From Neoconidiobolus thromboides FSU 785 (lineage: Eukaryota; Fungi; Entomophthoromycota): DNA of 64,000 nt. The notes under the pieces were generated by a model. That model saw only the letters and a program-made list of their open reading frames with translations, made no database searches and had not been told where the DNA came from. The stretch spans positions 1 to 64,000 of the forward strand of contig MU626290.1 of assembly GCA_025603075.1 (NCBI GenBank), in the 5' to 3' direction. Shown here one piece after another: positions 10,368-23,765 of the stretch; within the stretch, counting starts at the first letter, position 1; each line of letters begins with the position of its first letter. The translations under genes and the position numbers were made by a program.

Positions 10368-12038
10368 TTATAATTTACTCGAAATATTCCTAAATAGATA
10401 GGGATACTGTTGATGTTCAAAATATTCTTTAAAATAGATATCATCTTTGTTACCAGATATTGGGATGGTTCCATTTTTTAAGTAAATTCGGTTGTTTTCT
10501 TCAATATATTTCAAAATGTAGTTATAATTTATCATTATTCCAAACGATTCATTTAACCCTTTTTCTAAATAAAAATTAAATAAAATATATATTGATTAAA
10601 AAATGAGATACCTGATGTATTAGCCAACCAGTTAATACGATGAACACATGCCCCGTTTCTAAGATGAAAATTAGCTACTTTCCCTACAGCATGAATTCCT
10701 CGTTTGCTTTGTAAGATATAGTTAAGTGCCAACCTCATCAAAATAGGCTCTAATAAATCAACCCTTTCCGGATATCTTACCCATTCATGGGTACTAACAA
10801 GCGTATTTAATACCTGATAGGCATCTCCATTAGAGGAATAGTTTTTCAGGTTTTTTATTTCATTAGGAAGTAATGAATTTTTCTCTGCTAAATTACGAAT
10901 GACCCAAGTCCTAAAACTTGGCAGTGGAGAAAGGGTACAGAAATTTTTCAACATTGGAAACTCAACCTTTAATTCTTTAACTACCCTTTTAATAAGGAAA
11001 GAACCTAAATCAACTCCCGATAATCCTAATTTTAAATATCATCTATTATGAAGTAAACTTGTATTATATAAAATACCTATCTGTGAATTAATAGAATAAA
11101 AGATTGCTGATTCTATATTTTCAGGAGAAGGGTCTTCATATGGCTTATCATTTAAGATACTTTGTACATTATTACTTATCTCTTTTACCAATGCCACTTG
11201 AATATATACTAATGGATCATTAGCCATGGCCTTATGAAAAAACCCAAAACAGCGTCTACCTGGACCCACTCTCCTAAAAATAGGGAATAATTTAAAAAAA
11301 TGAAGATTATTAGTTGTTTTAAGCTATGATTTAAGCTTACTGTTTAAGGTCATTCCAGTCAGTAAAGGGGTGAACTCTTTCATAAGATATAACTTTTTCT
11401 AAAGTGGAGGCGGAAGAATTCCAAGATATTCTCTCCAAATTTAAAAAGTTTAATAAATTGGATTGTAATTTCAGCTTTAACTCTTGATTAAAATGAACTA
11501 AATTTTGATCCTTTTCTAACTTTAAGAATTCAATAACATCTTCCCTCATATCAATCAAAAATCTCAGCCCATTAGGTAGCTGAAGCACATGGTCAAAAAA
11601 TTGGTTATATTTAGGGGTAAGGTCCTGCCTTAAAATCTGCTGCCTTTTTCTTAACTCATTACTATCTAAATCAAGCTTAATATACTCTCTAATATCATTT
11701 AATAAAGTTTGATTATCGATATCAAAGTCTTGAATGAGTAACTGGATAAATTTCTTTTTTTCAGTCGTTTTCATTAGTTTATATAATTTACAACTCTCTT
11801 TTGTATAAAAACCAGGTAACAAGTCGCCCTCCTTTGGTTGCATTGACTTGTTTAATAGGTTATAAATATACAACGGATCCACCTTCATTAGATTAATTAG
11901 CTCTTTAGTATTATAAACTACCGTTCCAGATTCAAATTGTTCACTATTTAAGTCTTTCCAATACTGGTTGATCTGATTATCGCTTAATAAAGTGGCACTT
12001 TGCTTGTCTAATATTGGATCCCTCTTATGACTTGACAT
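10368..12038 (-). CDS. MLYCD: Malonyl-CoA decarboxylase, multi-exon, C-terminal PTS1 (SKL)
   Basis: Motifs YERVHP, RRCFGFFH, AIFYSINS, TLSPLPSFRTW and VANFHLRNGA. The last exon ends ...RNISSKL* (stop 10370-10368). Confidence 0.93.
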
Positions 12039-12790
12039 TCTAAATTTCTTTTATAATTCAATTTTTACAATTTATAGCTATGCTGTGCGTTTACCTTCAA
12101 TTGAACTATACTGCTTATCTTGGAATTAAGTTTAAATAAACTTGACCTCATTTGAAACTCTTATTAAAATTTATTCTTAAGTTAAAGTTGCCACCTTTTT
12201 GAATTAAATAAATACGTCAATTTATTTCGAACTTATTAGTTTAACATAGAAGCGTATCTAAATTGATTGGGTGAAAGGAAATAAAATTCTATTAAACTTT
12301 TAGTATAACATAAGTCTACAATAAATATGTCAAAAGCTAACTTTAACTACTTTCAAAAAATCAATGTCCTTATATCGTTACTAGTCTATAAGTAATATAA
12401 TCTCAAATTCATTTTTTATATCAAAATCCTTTTATAATACTATTAAGACAAAGTTTAGTCATAATAAAAGTGATCAGATTTACAACCTAATTCTATAACT
12501 TTACATAAAAAAATAACTTAGTTTTATTACAAAGAACTATAAATTAAACATCTAAATGCAACTTAATAGATATGTAACTAACCAGCATGGACTAATATTC
12601 AATTTATTGTTGATATTTAATAATAATTTTTATTACTTGTTTTAACTTAATTTATAAAAGTAATTATTATTAACAAAGTTACCGTTTTTAAGTGATGCAT
12701 TTTGTTGTATTATTATAATATCAATCAATTATTTAAACAATCGTTTTTTATAGAAAAAAATATAAAGCTGCTGCTTTTGCTTAACTATAT

Positions 12791-12885
12791 GGGAGTGTCT
12801 TTTTTGACTTCATTATTTTTTGTATTTTCTAAGTGCTATTTAAGTGGAAAATTTGTAAGATTCTTAAATACAAAACCACATCCCC
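12791..12885 (+). mobile_element. MITE copy f (orientation A)
   Basis: gggagtgtctttttt...accacatcccc. Flanks ATAT/ATAT; lies in the divergent MLYCD/Myb promoter. Confidence 0.85.
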
Positions 12886-13205
12886 ATATCATGACTTTTT
12901 AATTCCCGATCTAAACTAAACCCGATTAATATAGAAATTTACTACATATAATATCAAAGCTTATTTATTTCCTAGCTTAGATTTATAATTTTCAAGGTTA
13001 GGAACTATGAATTACTGTTAACTTTATCACCTACCTGATAATAATATTCTATTTTAAACAAAACAATATTTAGTCAAACTACGCAACCAATCAATTATTC
13101 AATTAGAAAACTTTATAATTACCCCCTTTTGTCAAAAAATCGCAGCAAAATGTAGATAAAATTGATTTTAAGCTAAACTTTGTTTTTAATAAGGAACATT
13201 GAACA

Positions 13206-15039
13206 ATGGAAGATCCCAACAAAAATAGTTATGCTAAGGATATTGAGTCTCAAGAATCTAGGCGCTCTGGAACTTCAATAACGCCAATTAAAAGTCCGGC
13301 GATAAAAATTACAAGGAAATCCGAAATTATGGAAACTTCAATTATTTTTAGTCCTGAGCTAAAGACCAATAACAACTTAACTGGTCTTAATTCTCAACTA
13401 CTCAAGAACGAAGAGCCCAGTAGCTCCAGTCCTGATGTAGGTATACATGAAGAGGATGTATTGGAAGCCTTATCAGAAATCGCGGATATGGAAACTATCC
13501 TTGAAAAAGCAGTTAAAGGAGAAATACCACCTGATGAGTTAGAAAAAATACATTCTCGTGTTTATAATTTGATTGAACAAAAAAGCTTTAGGAAAAGTTT
13601 TCATGAACAATGGTCAACTGGAGATATTAGAATTGACGCAATTGAAGATAAGTCCGCTGATGCTGTAAGTAATGAATTCCTTGCTGGTATGGAAGATGAA
13701 ATTAGAATAATCGACAATCCAGTTGACAAATTAAGGGCAGTCGATAATCCAGATAGTGAATCAAATAAAATTGATAATTTTGATGACCGGATAGAAGGAA
13801 CTGAAAAGCCAGAAACCGAGATGGCATCAAATAGTAGTATAGATAATGAAGAGTTATCAAGTAATAACCAAGGAAATGAAATAGGAGAAATTGGTAATCA
13901 AGAGATTCAAGAAGCGACAGTGAGTGTTCCAAATAAGGAAAGTGAAACTAACAATAACCAAAAAAATGAAAAAGAGGTAATTACTAATCAAGAAATTGAA
14001 AAAGTAACGATCAATGAGCCAGAAACCGAAGTCAAAGTTGAAGTCGTTGAAGGATCGATTAATAAAGTAAAGAGAAGGAAACGGTTTAATCATGAAGGTG
14101 GTGAGATAATTAATTGGCATAACGAAGTTGAAAGCACCGTTGAAACAGATGAGACTCGAAACAATAAGGTTGTAAATGAAGCAATTACGGATAATGGAAT
14201 TGAAAATAATGAAGTAGATAAAATTATAGCTGAACTAGCTTCATCTCAAATAAGTATGGCTAATGCTAGCAATTGTAGTATTAATAGCGATTCAGCATTT
14301 GAAGATGAAGAGAACAGTAAGTTTATCTTAAGAGTTTAAAAAAACAAAAATTTAATATTTTTAAGATCAACCTCGTTATTATTTTAGAAATAGAAATAAA
14401 GGCAGTAATGCACAAATTAAAATTGAACTGGCGGATGAAAAGGGTTCAAGTCATGAAGAATTTTACCCGGATACTGACTCAGTACCTGAAAAGTCTTCAA
14501 CTACCGAAACTTCCTCTGTTGTTATTTCCGGTTCTCATAATGAAGCCCATAATAGTAAAAAAATTAATCAAGAAGCACCTGAAGTGAATAAAGGGAATGG
14601 GTATTGGACAAATCAAGAAATTCAATATTTGAAAAATTGGATTAAACAACATGGGTTGAAATTTGATAAAATATTAGCCAAATATAATATGAACGATCAA
14701 CAGCATTCTATATTAAGTGGAAGAAATCGAGTATCCATAGCAAAAAAAGTAAAAGATTTAAGAAGGGATGGAGAGATCAAAAAACAAGGTAAAATAAGAT
14801 ATTCTCGCACTCCATGGAAAGAAGAAGAAACAAATGCTCTAGAAGAGGGTATTAAAATTTATGGTAAAGAATGGAAAAAAATTATTGAAGATGATAAGTC
14901 AAAGGGAAACAAATCTGTACTTTTTAAAAGAGATAATATTGCTCTTAAAGATAAAGCCAAAAATGAATATAATAGACGATTAAAGGAAAAACAACCTTTA
15001 GGAGTATATGCTATTATGAAGAAGAGGAAGAGAAAGTGA
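13206..15039 (+). CDS. Acidic protein with two C-terminal Myb/SANT domains, the second telobox-like (TRF/Tbf1/Tay1-like)
   Basis: ORFs 13206-14339 and 14584-15039 join in frame through intron 14317-14365 (GTAAGT..TAAG). Motifs YWTNQE..WIKQHG and TPWKEEETNALEEGIKIYGKEWKKI..LKDKAKNE. Confidence 0.8.
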
Positions 15040-15536
15040 GAAGATGTTGGATGGTGGATCCAAGTTATTTTTGTCAGTAAAATTTTTTTATTTAATTTTA
15101 TAATTTTTTTTGTTCAATTTATTTTGAAGTTCAATCTTAATTTACTCTAATGGTTTATTGATTTATTCCTTTTTAATATTTAATATTGTTAGATGATATT
15201 TTATATTGAAATATACGTTAATATATGATATCTTTAACTTACTACTCTAGTTTAAATTCATAAAGTTTAATCAAGAATAAAAACTATTGTAACATATTAT
15301 ACCTCCACAGTACTTCAACATCTCATTGTAAAGACTATTATTGACATTATATTAAAAAATAAAATTTATCAATCATCATAACTTCACCAAAGTAAATATT
15401 CGTCTATATTAAAAAATGCATTTATTTAACAAGTACATTCTATTTTTATACATTTGATTCTCTACTCTTACTTTACTTTTAGGCAACTCCATTATAAAAA
15501 TAGGGTGATTAAAAAAGCCTAATACGAGCGACCATA

Positions 15537-15607
15537 TGCAATGTCCGGGAATCGAACCCGGGGCTGCCGCGTGGCAGGCGGCAATTTTACCACTAAACCA
15601 ACATTGC
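15537..15607 (-). tRNA. tRNA-Gly(GCC)
   Basis: 71 nt GCAATGTTGGTTTAGTGGTAAAATTGCCGCCTGCCACGCGGCAGCCCCGGGTTCGATTCCCGGACATTGCA, with acceptor stem, GTTCGA T-loop and GCC anticodon. Confidence 0.97.
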
Positions 15608-16322
15608 TGATATACTACAACCATATAGTTAATTTTATCTTTATTATATATTTTTACGAAAAGTTTAAAACGGCAGTGGATGCATTACAGCTAGATTATT
15701 TGTAAAACGAGTTAGTATTTATTCTCTATTCAATAAATAAATGCTGCTGTCACTAAACTAGCAATGTAGATTGAAATTTTTGGTAAAAATGGCTGTTGTT
15801 TATGCAAGTACAGATATGATTTGAATAATATAGAGTTTTAATAAGTACTAATGTAACCCTAGATTTTAAAGTAGAACTTTAATTGCTAATTTTGAATATT
15901 AGAGTGCACCTTTTAACCAAAAATTGTATATTAATGGCATTTCATACCGAACACAGAAGGTTATTCTAATAATTAAGATTCAGAATAGTTGAACGTTAGT
16001 TCCAAGTTACATTTTAATTGGAGAACAATGATAAAAATCTAATTATTTGGACATTCTAATTTAAAATTTCTATAGATTTTTTGAATGGAAATTAGGTTTT
16101 ATACCACATTGTACTGAATTTTTACCCTAGCTTTTCTGTGCTGAATTTTTGGTTTTCTGAGTTTGAAGATGACTGACTACTCCAGATTTGTTAAATATGA
16201 TGACTGTAAAGTAATTTGGTTGTTTTTCTGGTAAATGCAATAGTGATGGTAGCTTAAATTTAATACTTTAAAGATAATGTATAAACAAGCCAGTTAAAAT
16301 ATATATTAAAATGTATATATAT

Positions 16323-16412
16323 AAAGATGTTTTTTTGGTCCCATCATTTTCTATCTTTTAAGCGCTATTTGAATGAAAAGACTGTTAGTAAAATTCTTAA
16401 AAAAAAATTCCT
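16323..16412 (+). mobile_element. MITE copy g (degenerate, orientation A)
   Basis: The core cttttaagcgctatttgaatgaaaagactgttagtaaaattcttaaa matches the consensus; ends are eroded. Confidence 0.7.
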
Positions 16413-16560
16413 ATGAACAAAAATTGATAAAAATGTCAAATAACATATAAGTAATACTATGTAAAAAAATAAAAACAAATACTGTTTTTAATGTAACTTT
16501 TATTACTTTTTAAATTAGCTCATCTAGCCCAATTTTATTAATTGATACCTATTAACAATT

Positions 16561-16647
16561 GAAAATGTCTCTTTTTAAGAAATTTACTAATATTTCTTCT
16601 ACTCAATAGTACTTAAAAGATGGAAAAATAAAACTAAAGACACCCCC
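16561..16647 (-). mobile_element. MITE copy h (degenerate, orientation B)
   Basis: tttaagaaatttactaa..actcaatagtacttaaaagatggaaaa..gacaccccc. Confidence 0.65.
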
Positions 16648-16787
16648 TAATTAATAAATTACAATATAAAAGATAAATCATTAGTTTTAACTCAAGTTCG
16701 GAAGCAATTTTTCAGTAAACCTGGAAGGATCAAATCTTTAACTCAGAAAATCAAAAAATTCGGAATAGAAAACTTAGGATAAAAATC

Positions 16788-16832
16788 CTGTATCTTGTAT
16801 CTCTTGTATCTCTTGTATCTCTTGTATCTTGT
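16788..16832. repeat. 9-bp minisatellite (TTGTATCTC, ~4 units)
   Basis: Read directly: ..tgtatcttgtatctcttgtatctcttgtatctcttgtatcttg.. Confidence 0.75.
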
Positions 16833-17541
16833 TAATAATCGTTTTCTAAATTTCAATCGTGATGAAATACTCGTCACAATTTTATTTTTCGATTTAGCTA
16901 TGATAACGTCTGATTTAGCTCATTTAACAATAAGCTTTTAGTTAAAGTGAGAGTGAGCTTGTTTTTTAAAAATAATTTTGATCCAATTAAACCTTTTTAA
17001 AATCTGTTTAATATTGAAAAAGTTAAAAAATAATGGAATTCCTCTTCTTTATTTGACAACGTACGATATAATTATTGAATTTTTCGATTTCTAATAGCGA
17101 AAATCCTGTGAGTTCTAAAATTCATATTCATCCTCAATTGAATTGGAACTAAACATTAATCAACTTTGAATTATTGATATTCTATTTTTATTTGTACTTT
17201 ATTTATTTATAACAAAAAATAATATTAATATTATAATAGATTTTAATTTAATTTTAATATAAGAGATAAGCTATTGATACTACTTTTTAATTTCATTAAT
17301 CAAGCTTCAAGTGTTTATTTGATTGGCTACTGTTGATTAAAGTGTGATAAAAAAAGCATTTTAAAGTATGAATTACTAAATAAGTACTAATCTCACCTAA
17401 TTTCGATCAACCAGAAAGTAAATTGAATTTAAATAAAGTAAAGATTTATTAAAAAATAAGATAAAGTTAAAACTTAAGGATTAAAAAGGTATAAAAATGA
17501 AATAGAATACTTTAAATTGTATTCTTTTTTTAAAAATAATA

Positions 17542-19001
17542 ATGATAAAAGCAAACGCTAATACAATATTAAAGTCCACTTTATTAGCTCATCTCATTAT
17601 TTTCCCAGTAAAATATTTTACATTAATATTATTTATCATAATTGTATACCGTCAATATATTTACAACTTTCAGGTTTATCCGTTGGACTTACTTTTACAA
17701 TCATGGCTTGTAATTGAGATTGGGTTCATTTATTATATTTATAATTTATATCAAAAATTAAATTTAAAAACAATCGGTAATGATTTAACATTTGAAAAAA
17801 GAAAATTATTAGTAGATAAGATTAAGAATGTAATGAGGAATCCTCATTCTATATTTTCAACTTGGTTCCTCCCAAAGTCAAATAAAATTTTACCATTAGA
17901 ATTGACTAAGGGTTGGTTATGTTGGGCTTTATTTTATAAAAAGCTAGAACAATTAACGGAAAGGGAAGTAGAAGAGTTTGAATATATTATTAATTTGTTC
18001 AAAGAAGAAAGGAAAGAAGATAAAACACAAGAAGTAATTAAAGATATTAAATGTATGAGTTTAAATTTAGATGATGTTGAATATGAACATAAACCATTGA
18101 TTAGTTATTTGGTAAGTTTAATAATAATAATTATATATTTAAATATATACTAATAGTACTATTATAATTATTATAATTATTATATTAATATAATTAGATA
18201 ATTTATATAATACAATCAATAGGTAGTATATTATTGAAATTAATTGGATTTCGTGAGGAATATTGTTCAACAAGTAATTTAAAAATATGGCTACTTGAAC
18301 CTAAATCGTATTATACAAAAAGTAAAGAAAAACCCATAGTATTTATTCACGGTGTTGGTATTGGATTAATCATGTATCTACGTTTTATCATAAAAATAAG
18401 ACTAAGTTATCCAGATCGAAGAGTAATATTAGTAGAAGTGCCTTATGTTAGTTTAACAATGACAAATCAAATTGGTACACGTGATAACACTATTCATTAT
18501 TTTGATATATTATTTCATCGTTATAATATACTTGATTGTCAACTAATTGGACATTCTTATGGTACAATAATAGCCTCTTGGTTAATACAAGATCGACCAC
18601 ATTATGTAAATCAAGTACAATTAATTGATCCAGTTTGTTTTCTAATGTGGGAATCAGATTTAATATATAACTTCTTATATAAACCAAGGGATGATCTCAT
18701 TTCTACTCTAGCTTATTATTTTTTATCTAAAGATTTATTTATGGCCAATGTTTTTTATCGTCATTTTAATTGGTATGAAAATTTATTATTTTTACAAGAT
18801 TTGAATAACATTCCTTGTAATGTTTATTTAAGTGAAAAAGATTGGATTATATCAGCAAATAAAATTCATAGTTACATTGAGGAATTCAATCATAATAGAG
18901 AAAATATTAAAGTTCATATAATGAAAGAATTCACTCATGGTCAATATCTGCTATGTGATAAAAGTATGGAATTCATTATGAGAGGTCTTGAAGTTGTATG
19001 A
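17542..19001 (+). CDS. Alpha/beta-hydrolase with N-terminal hydrophobic segments, paralog 1
   Basis: PIVFIHGVGIG oxyanion motif, GHSYG nucleophile elbow, IDPVCF and C-terminal THG. Exons include ORFs 17542-18153 and 18234-19001. Confidence 0.85.
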
Positions 19002-19363
19002 GTTTGGATTTTATTTGATTATTATTAATAAAAAATTATTTGGTTTTTATTTAGTTTTATATATTTAGTAAATTTTTATTAATTTGTTTTTCAATCTATT
19101 TTTTAAATTAAAACTTGATAACTTAATTTTAATGAAATAAAATGAAATTATTACAAAACAAGTTAAAATTAATATTAGTATTTAATAATGAAATTAAATT
19201 ATTGAAGATCAAATGTGAATTTTAATATTAAAAACAATATAATAATAATAATAGTAAATTTATTAATTTATTTATTGATTTATTTATTCATTTGTTTATT
19301 CATTTATTTATTCATTCGTTTATTTAGTATCCTTATTCTATATTGAATAATAGATTCAAAGAG

Positions 19364-20875
19364 ATGCAATTCCTTGAAGATAACATTTTATTAATAGAAA
19401 AATACGTTCAATTAATATATATTAAACTCCTTCAATTACCTAATAATAAGATAGTAAAATTATTAACATTTATCGATTTCCTTGTGATACCAATCTTAAA
19501 ACATTATACTCTTATTTATATCCTCAGTTTCTTATTACTTTTATATAATGGTATCAATCATATTTTAAGCTTAGTATTATTTTTATATATATTATTGGAA
19601 CTTAGTTTTAATCTATATTTGAGATATACCTTTTATAAACAATCTTCACAAAAACAGTCTTATTTATTAACAATCAAAGACAAACAACGAATGACTCAAA
19701 TCTTTTCTCAAACTGATAGTGCTCAACTTATCAATTCATGGTATAATTTAACTGAAGAAAATATTAAAGTATCTGCTTATTTTAAATTGAAATTTTTAGC
19801 TTGGTATATTTTTAATTGCAATATCAAACAATTAAATAAAGAAGAAAAAGAGTGTGTTATTCAATATTATAAAATAATAATGAAACAACATCAATTAACA
19901 AGTTATCAAAAAGTTTTACCTAAATATTGGAACCGAAATGAACCTTTAAATGTATATTTTAAACCTTTGATATTTTATATAGTAATTTATTAGTCTTTTT
20001 TTATACAGATTAAGTATTTATGTTCTATTTTTTTAGTGTAGTTATACATTTAAATCTTTCGCTATATTAAGTTTATTATGTGTTGGCTATCAATGTCATG
20101 AATTAAATGGAAACACTTATTATTATTATGAACCTGAGAACTATGAAAAGACAATAATATTTATACATGGAATTGGTAACAAATAATATATTTATTTCTA
20201 TTTCATTTTATTTTATTTCTATTTTTATAATTAGGTTTAGGTCCCAGTTTATATTTTAAAAAATTAATTCATTTACGTCAAAAATATATTAATTGTAAAA
20301 TAATTATATTGAAATTAAATTATATTGCACTATCGCCTACATTTAATGTAGAACCTATGGACTCTTTATTAAATTTCATTGATTCATTATATATCTTTCA
20401 CAATCTAGGAACTGCCATTTATTTAGCTCATTCTTTTGGTAGCTTAATTGTAAGTTGGATTATTAAACAACGTCCTCAATATATAAAGAAAGTGATATTA
20501 ATTGATCCTGTATGTTTTCAACTTTGGGAATCAGATGTTGTGACAAATTTTTTTTCTTCATCGACATCTAATTGTGTTCATTTATTTATTCGATGGTTTT
20601 TAGCTAATGATCCCTATCTAAAATTTAATTTACAATTTAAATTTCCTTTTTATTCCTGTTTATTGTTACCGGAGGATTTGAGGGGAATTGAATTTCATAT
20701 TATTATTGCTGATTTAGATTTTTTGATTAATGCTAAGAAATTAGCCAATTATCTTAAAATTCAAAAACAAACCTACAATTTATCAAATTTGAGTTTATAT
20801 TATTTAAATAATACTACTCATGGTTCTTATTTATTTAATCAATCTCAATTAAATCATATCTTTTCTTTATTTTAA
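19364..20875 (+). CDS. Alpha/beta-hydrolase, paralog 2 (tandem duplicate)
   Basis: Spliced FIHGIGLG, then AHSFG, IDPVCFQLWESD and THGSY; same architecture as the upstream gene. The start ATG at 19364 is an estimate. Confidence 0.82.
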
Positions 20876-21038
20876 AATAAGCATAAATAAAAATAAATAA
20901 AAACATAAGATATATTAATATTATATATATTCAAAACATAAAAAGAATATAAAAAAAAACAATCTGAAAATTTATATTGTGTATAAGTATTATAAAAAAT
21001 TCGGTCATAATATTAACTTAATAATGTTAATAAAGTAA

Positions 21039-22704
21039 TTAATGTTGTGCCCATTCAATTGTTTTGATATCAATACCTTCTTGAACCATTTCCCATAATG
21101 GAGACATTTCTCTTAGTCTATCCACATGACTAATTACTTTATCACATACAAAATCAATTTCTTCATCTGTAGTAAATCGTCCGATACCAAATCGAATTGA
21201 TGAATGAGCCATATCATCATCTGCACCAAGAGCACGAAGTACATAGGAAGGTTCTAAAGAAGCTGATGTACATGCGGATCCAGAACTAAGAGCAATATCT
21301 TTTAAAGCCATCAAAAGTGATTCTCCTTCAACATAAGCAAATGACAAATTAACACATCCTAATATGGTATATAAATAAAATTATGAATAAAGTATTAAAT
21401 ATTTGATTTACCTGGGTAATTTTGTTCACTATCACCATTACGTACTACATGAGTTACTTTTTCTGTAATTTTAGATACAAGTCGATCAGCAAGTTTTTTA
21501 ATACGTTGATGATCATACTATGTAAATATTAATATAAAAATCATTAATATATAAAAAATCAAAATCACCTCTCTTTCTTCTAAAGCCACTTTACAAGCTT
21601 CACCAAAACCTACTACCAATGGTGTAGGTAAAGTACCTGATCTCATACCACGCTCTTGACCACCTCCAGTTTGAATTGGCTCAATACGAACTCTTGGACG
21701 TCTACGAACATATAAAGCGCCAATACCTTTTGGGCCATACAATTTATGTCCAGAAATAGAAGCCAAATCAACATTCATTTCATTGACATTAATAGGTACT
21801 TTACCAACTGCTTGAGCAGCATCTGTATGAAAAAATACTTTATGTTTACGGCATATTTTTCCAATTTCTGCAATAGGTTGTAACACTCCAATTTCATTAT
21901 TTACCGTCATTATGGATACAATACTAGTATCTGGTCTAATACTTTCTTCTAATAATTTAAGATCAACTAATCCATTGCTTTGTACTGGTAAATATGTAAT
22001 TTCAAATCCTTCTTCTTGAAGTACTCGACATGAATCTAATACACATTTATGTTCCTATTTTAATATTTAATTTCATTATTCTAAAAATTTCAATCTCAAT
22101 TTCAATTTCTTACAGTTTGAGTAGTAATAATATGTTTCTTTTTAGCTTTATAAAATCTAGCAACACCTTTAATAGCAATATTATTTGATTCTGTAGCACC
22201 TGAAGTAAAAATAATTTCTTTTGGATCAGCACCAATTAATTTAGCAACATACTAAAAAAAAACTTTAATAAAGTTAAAATTGCTATATTCTTTATTTATT
22301 TTTACCTCTCTTGCCTTTTCTGTAGCTTTTTCACTTTCCCAACCATATTGATGAGTACGAGAATGAGCATTACCATAAAATTGAGTTAAATAAGGCAACA
22401 TAGCATCTAATACTCTTGGATCCATTGGGGTAGTAGCTTGTACATCCATATAAATTGGTCGACTTGATTCTTTAACTTTATTTACTTCAAAACCAGCTGG
22501 ATCTATAAATGTTAGTTTAAATTTTTAAATTATTACTTGATGAATTTTACCTTGAGTTAGATTATTTATACTCACTGGATCCACTTTTACTGCACTTTGG
22601 GCGGTAGCTAAGTTACGCTTTATTCCATTCGACAATTGATGTCCATATCTGAGGCTTTTATTGGACTTATTTAATAAATTTTTCAAGACTCGAGTGGTAT
22701 ACAT
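21039..22704 (-). CDS. NFS1: Mitochondrial cysteine desulfurase, multi-exon
   Basis: Basic presequence, [26 protein letters not shown] (PLP lysine), SSGSACTS (catalytic Cys) and C-terminal EWAQH. ATG at 22704. Confidence 0.97.
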
Positions 22705-23694
22705 ATTTTTTATCAAAAATTGTTTTCATCGATTTGAATTATTTTGGATTTAAATACTTCTGTATTTTCATACAAAATCGATCTTTTTTATTGGTTACAA
22801 GCTTTAAGCATGTTAATTCTGCCAATTAAAATCAGTAAATTGAAATCTGATTTTGCTTAATTTTTATTTCTATTTATGCTTGACCAAAGTTCTCGAAGTT
22901 AGATGCGAAGTTTATTAAAAAATGATTAAACTTTAGATTAAATCAATAATTCTCACTTTATTTCGTTCTTATTTAAGACTAATTAGTAATTCAAATAATT
23001 CGATTCAACCATCCTTTAATATTTGAAACATTTTACCAACATCGCTTAATTTACTATATAGTCCACTCACAAAAAGCATCATTTGATTACTCTTCTTAGT
23101 TTTTCAATTATTTTGTTTCATTTTTTACAAGGAGATATACTAGTATTCCATTTAATACAAATCGAGAGATTTTATTAAAAACTAATATTCAGTTTTTTAA
23201 AAACCGGAATAAATTTAATTGAAAAAACTCGGGAATCAAAAAAAGACCGGAATTTCGGCTAAAAAATGCAATAGCATTTTATCCTTCTCTAAATTCAGAT
23301 ATACTTGGTAGTATCCCAAGCTTATTAACCTTCTCTGTAGGATTTTAAATCACTTAGCTATAATCGAATTATTAATTGTATGATTGTTGATTTAACAATA
23401 ATAATATTTTAATCTAAAATTATCAATCGGAAAAATGAGCGCTTTTTAAGTTTCAGATTTGTTTAAAAGTGTAAAATAGAATATAAAACTAATAAGAGAC
23501 AAGTTAATGATAATATTTAATAACCATGAAGTTATTTATATTGAGTTTTTTAGAGTAATATTCAACTTCAGGTATTATCAAAATATAACCTAACGTTTAT
23601 AATATTATACTAAACTTATAATGATGTATATCAAACTAATCTACAGTAGTAATAATGTTATTAATTAATTATAACACGTATAACAACAAATAAA

Positions 23695-23765
23695 GCAATG
23701 TTGGTTTAGTGGTAAAATTGCCGCCTGCCACGCGGCAGCCCCGGGTTCGATTCCCGGACATTGCA
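23695..23765 (+). tRNA. tRNA-Gly(GCC), identical to the copy at 15537-15607
   Basis: Same 71-nt sequence, followed by a TTTT Pol III terminator. Confidence 0.97.

Noticed and set aside
23204-23258. Three CCGGAAT/CGGGAAT motifs upstream of NFS1
   Set aside because: Too short to separate from chance without conservation data.
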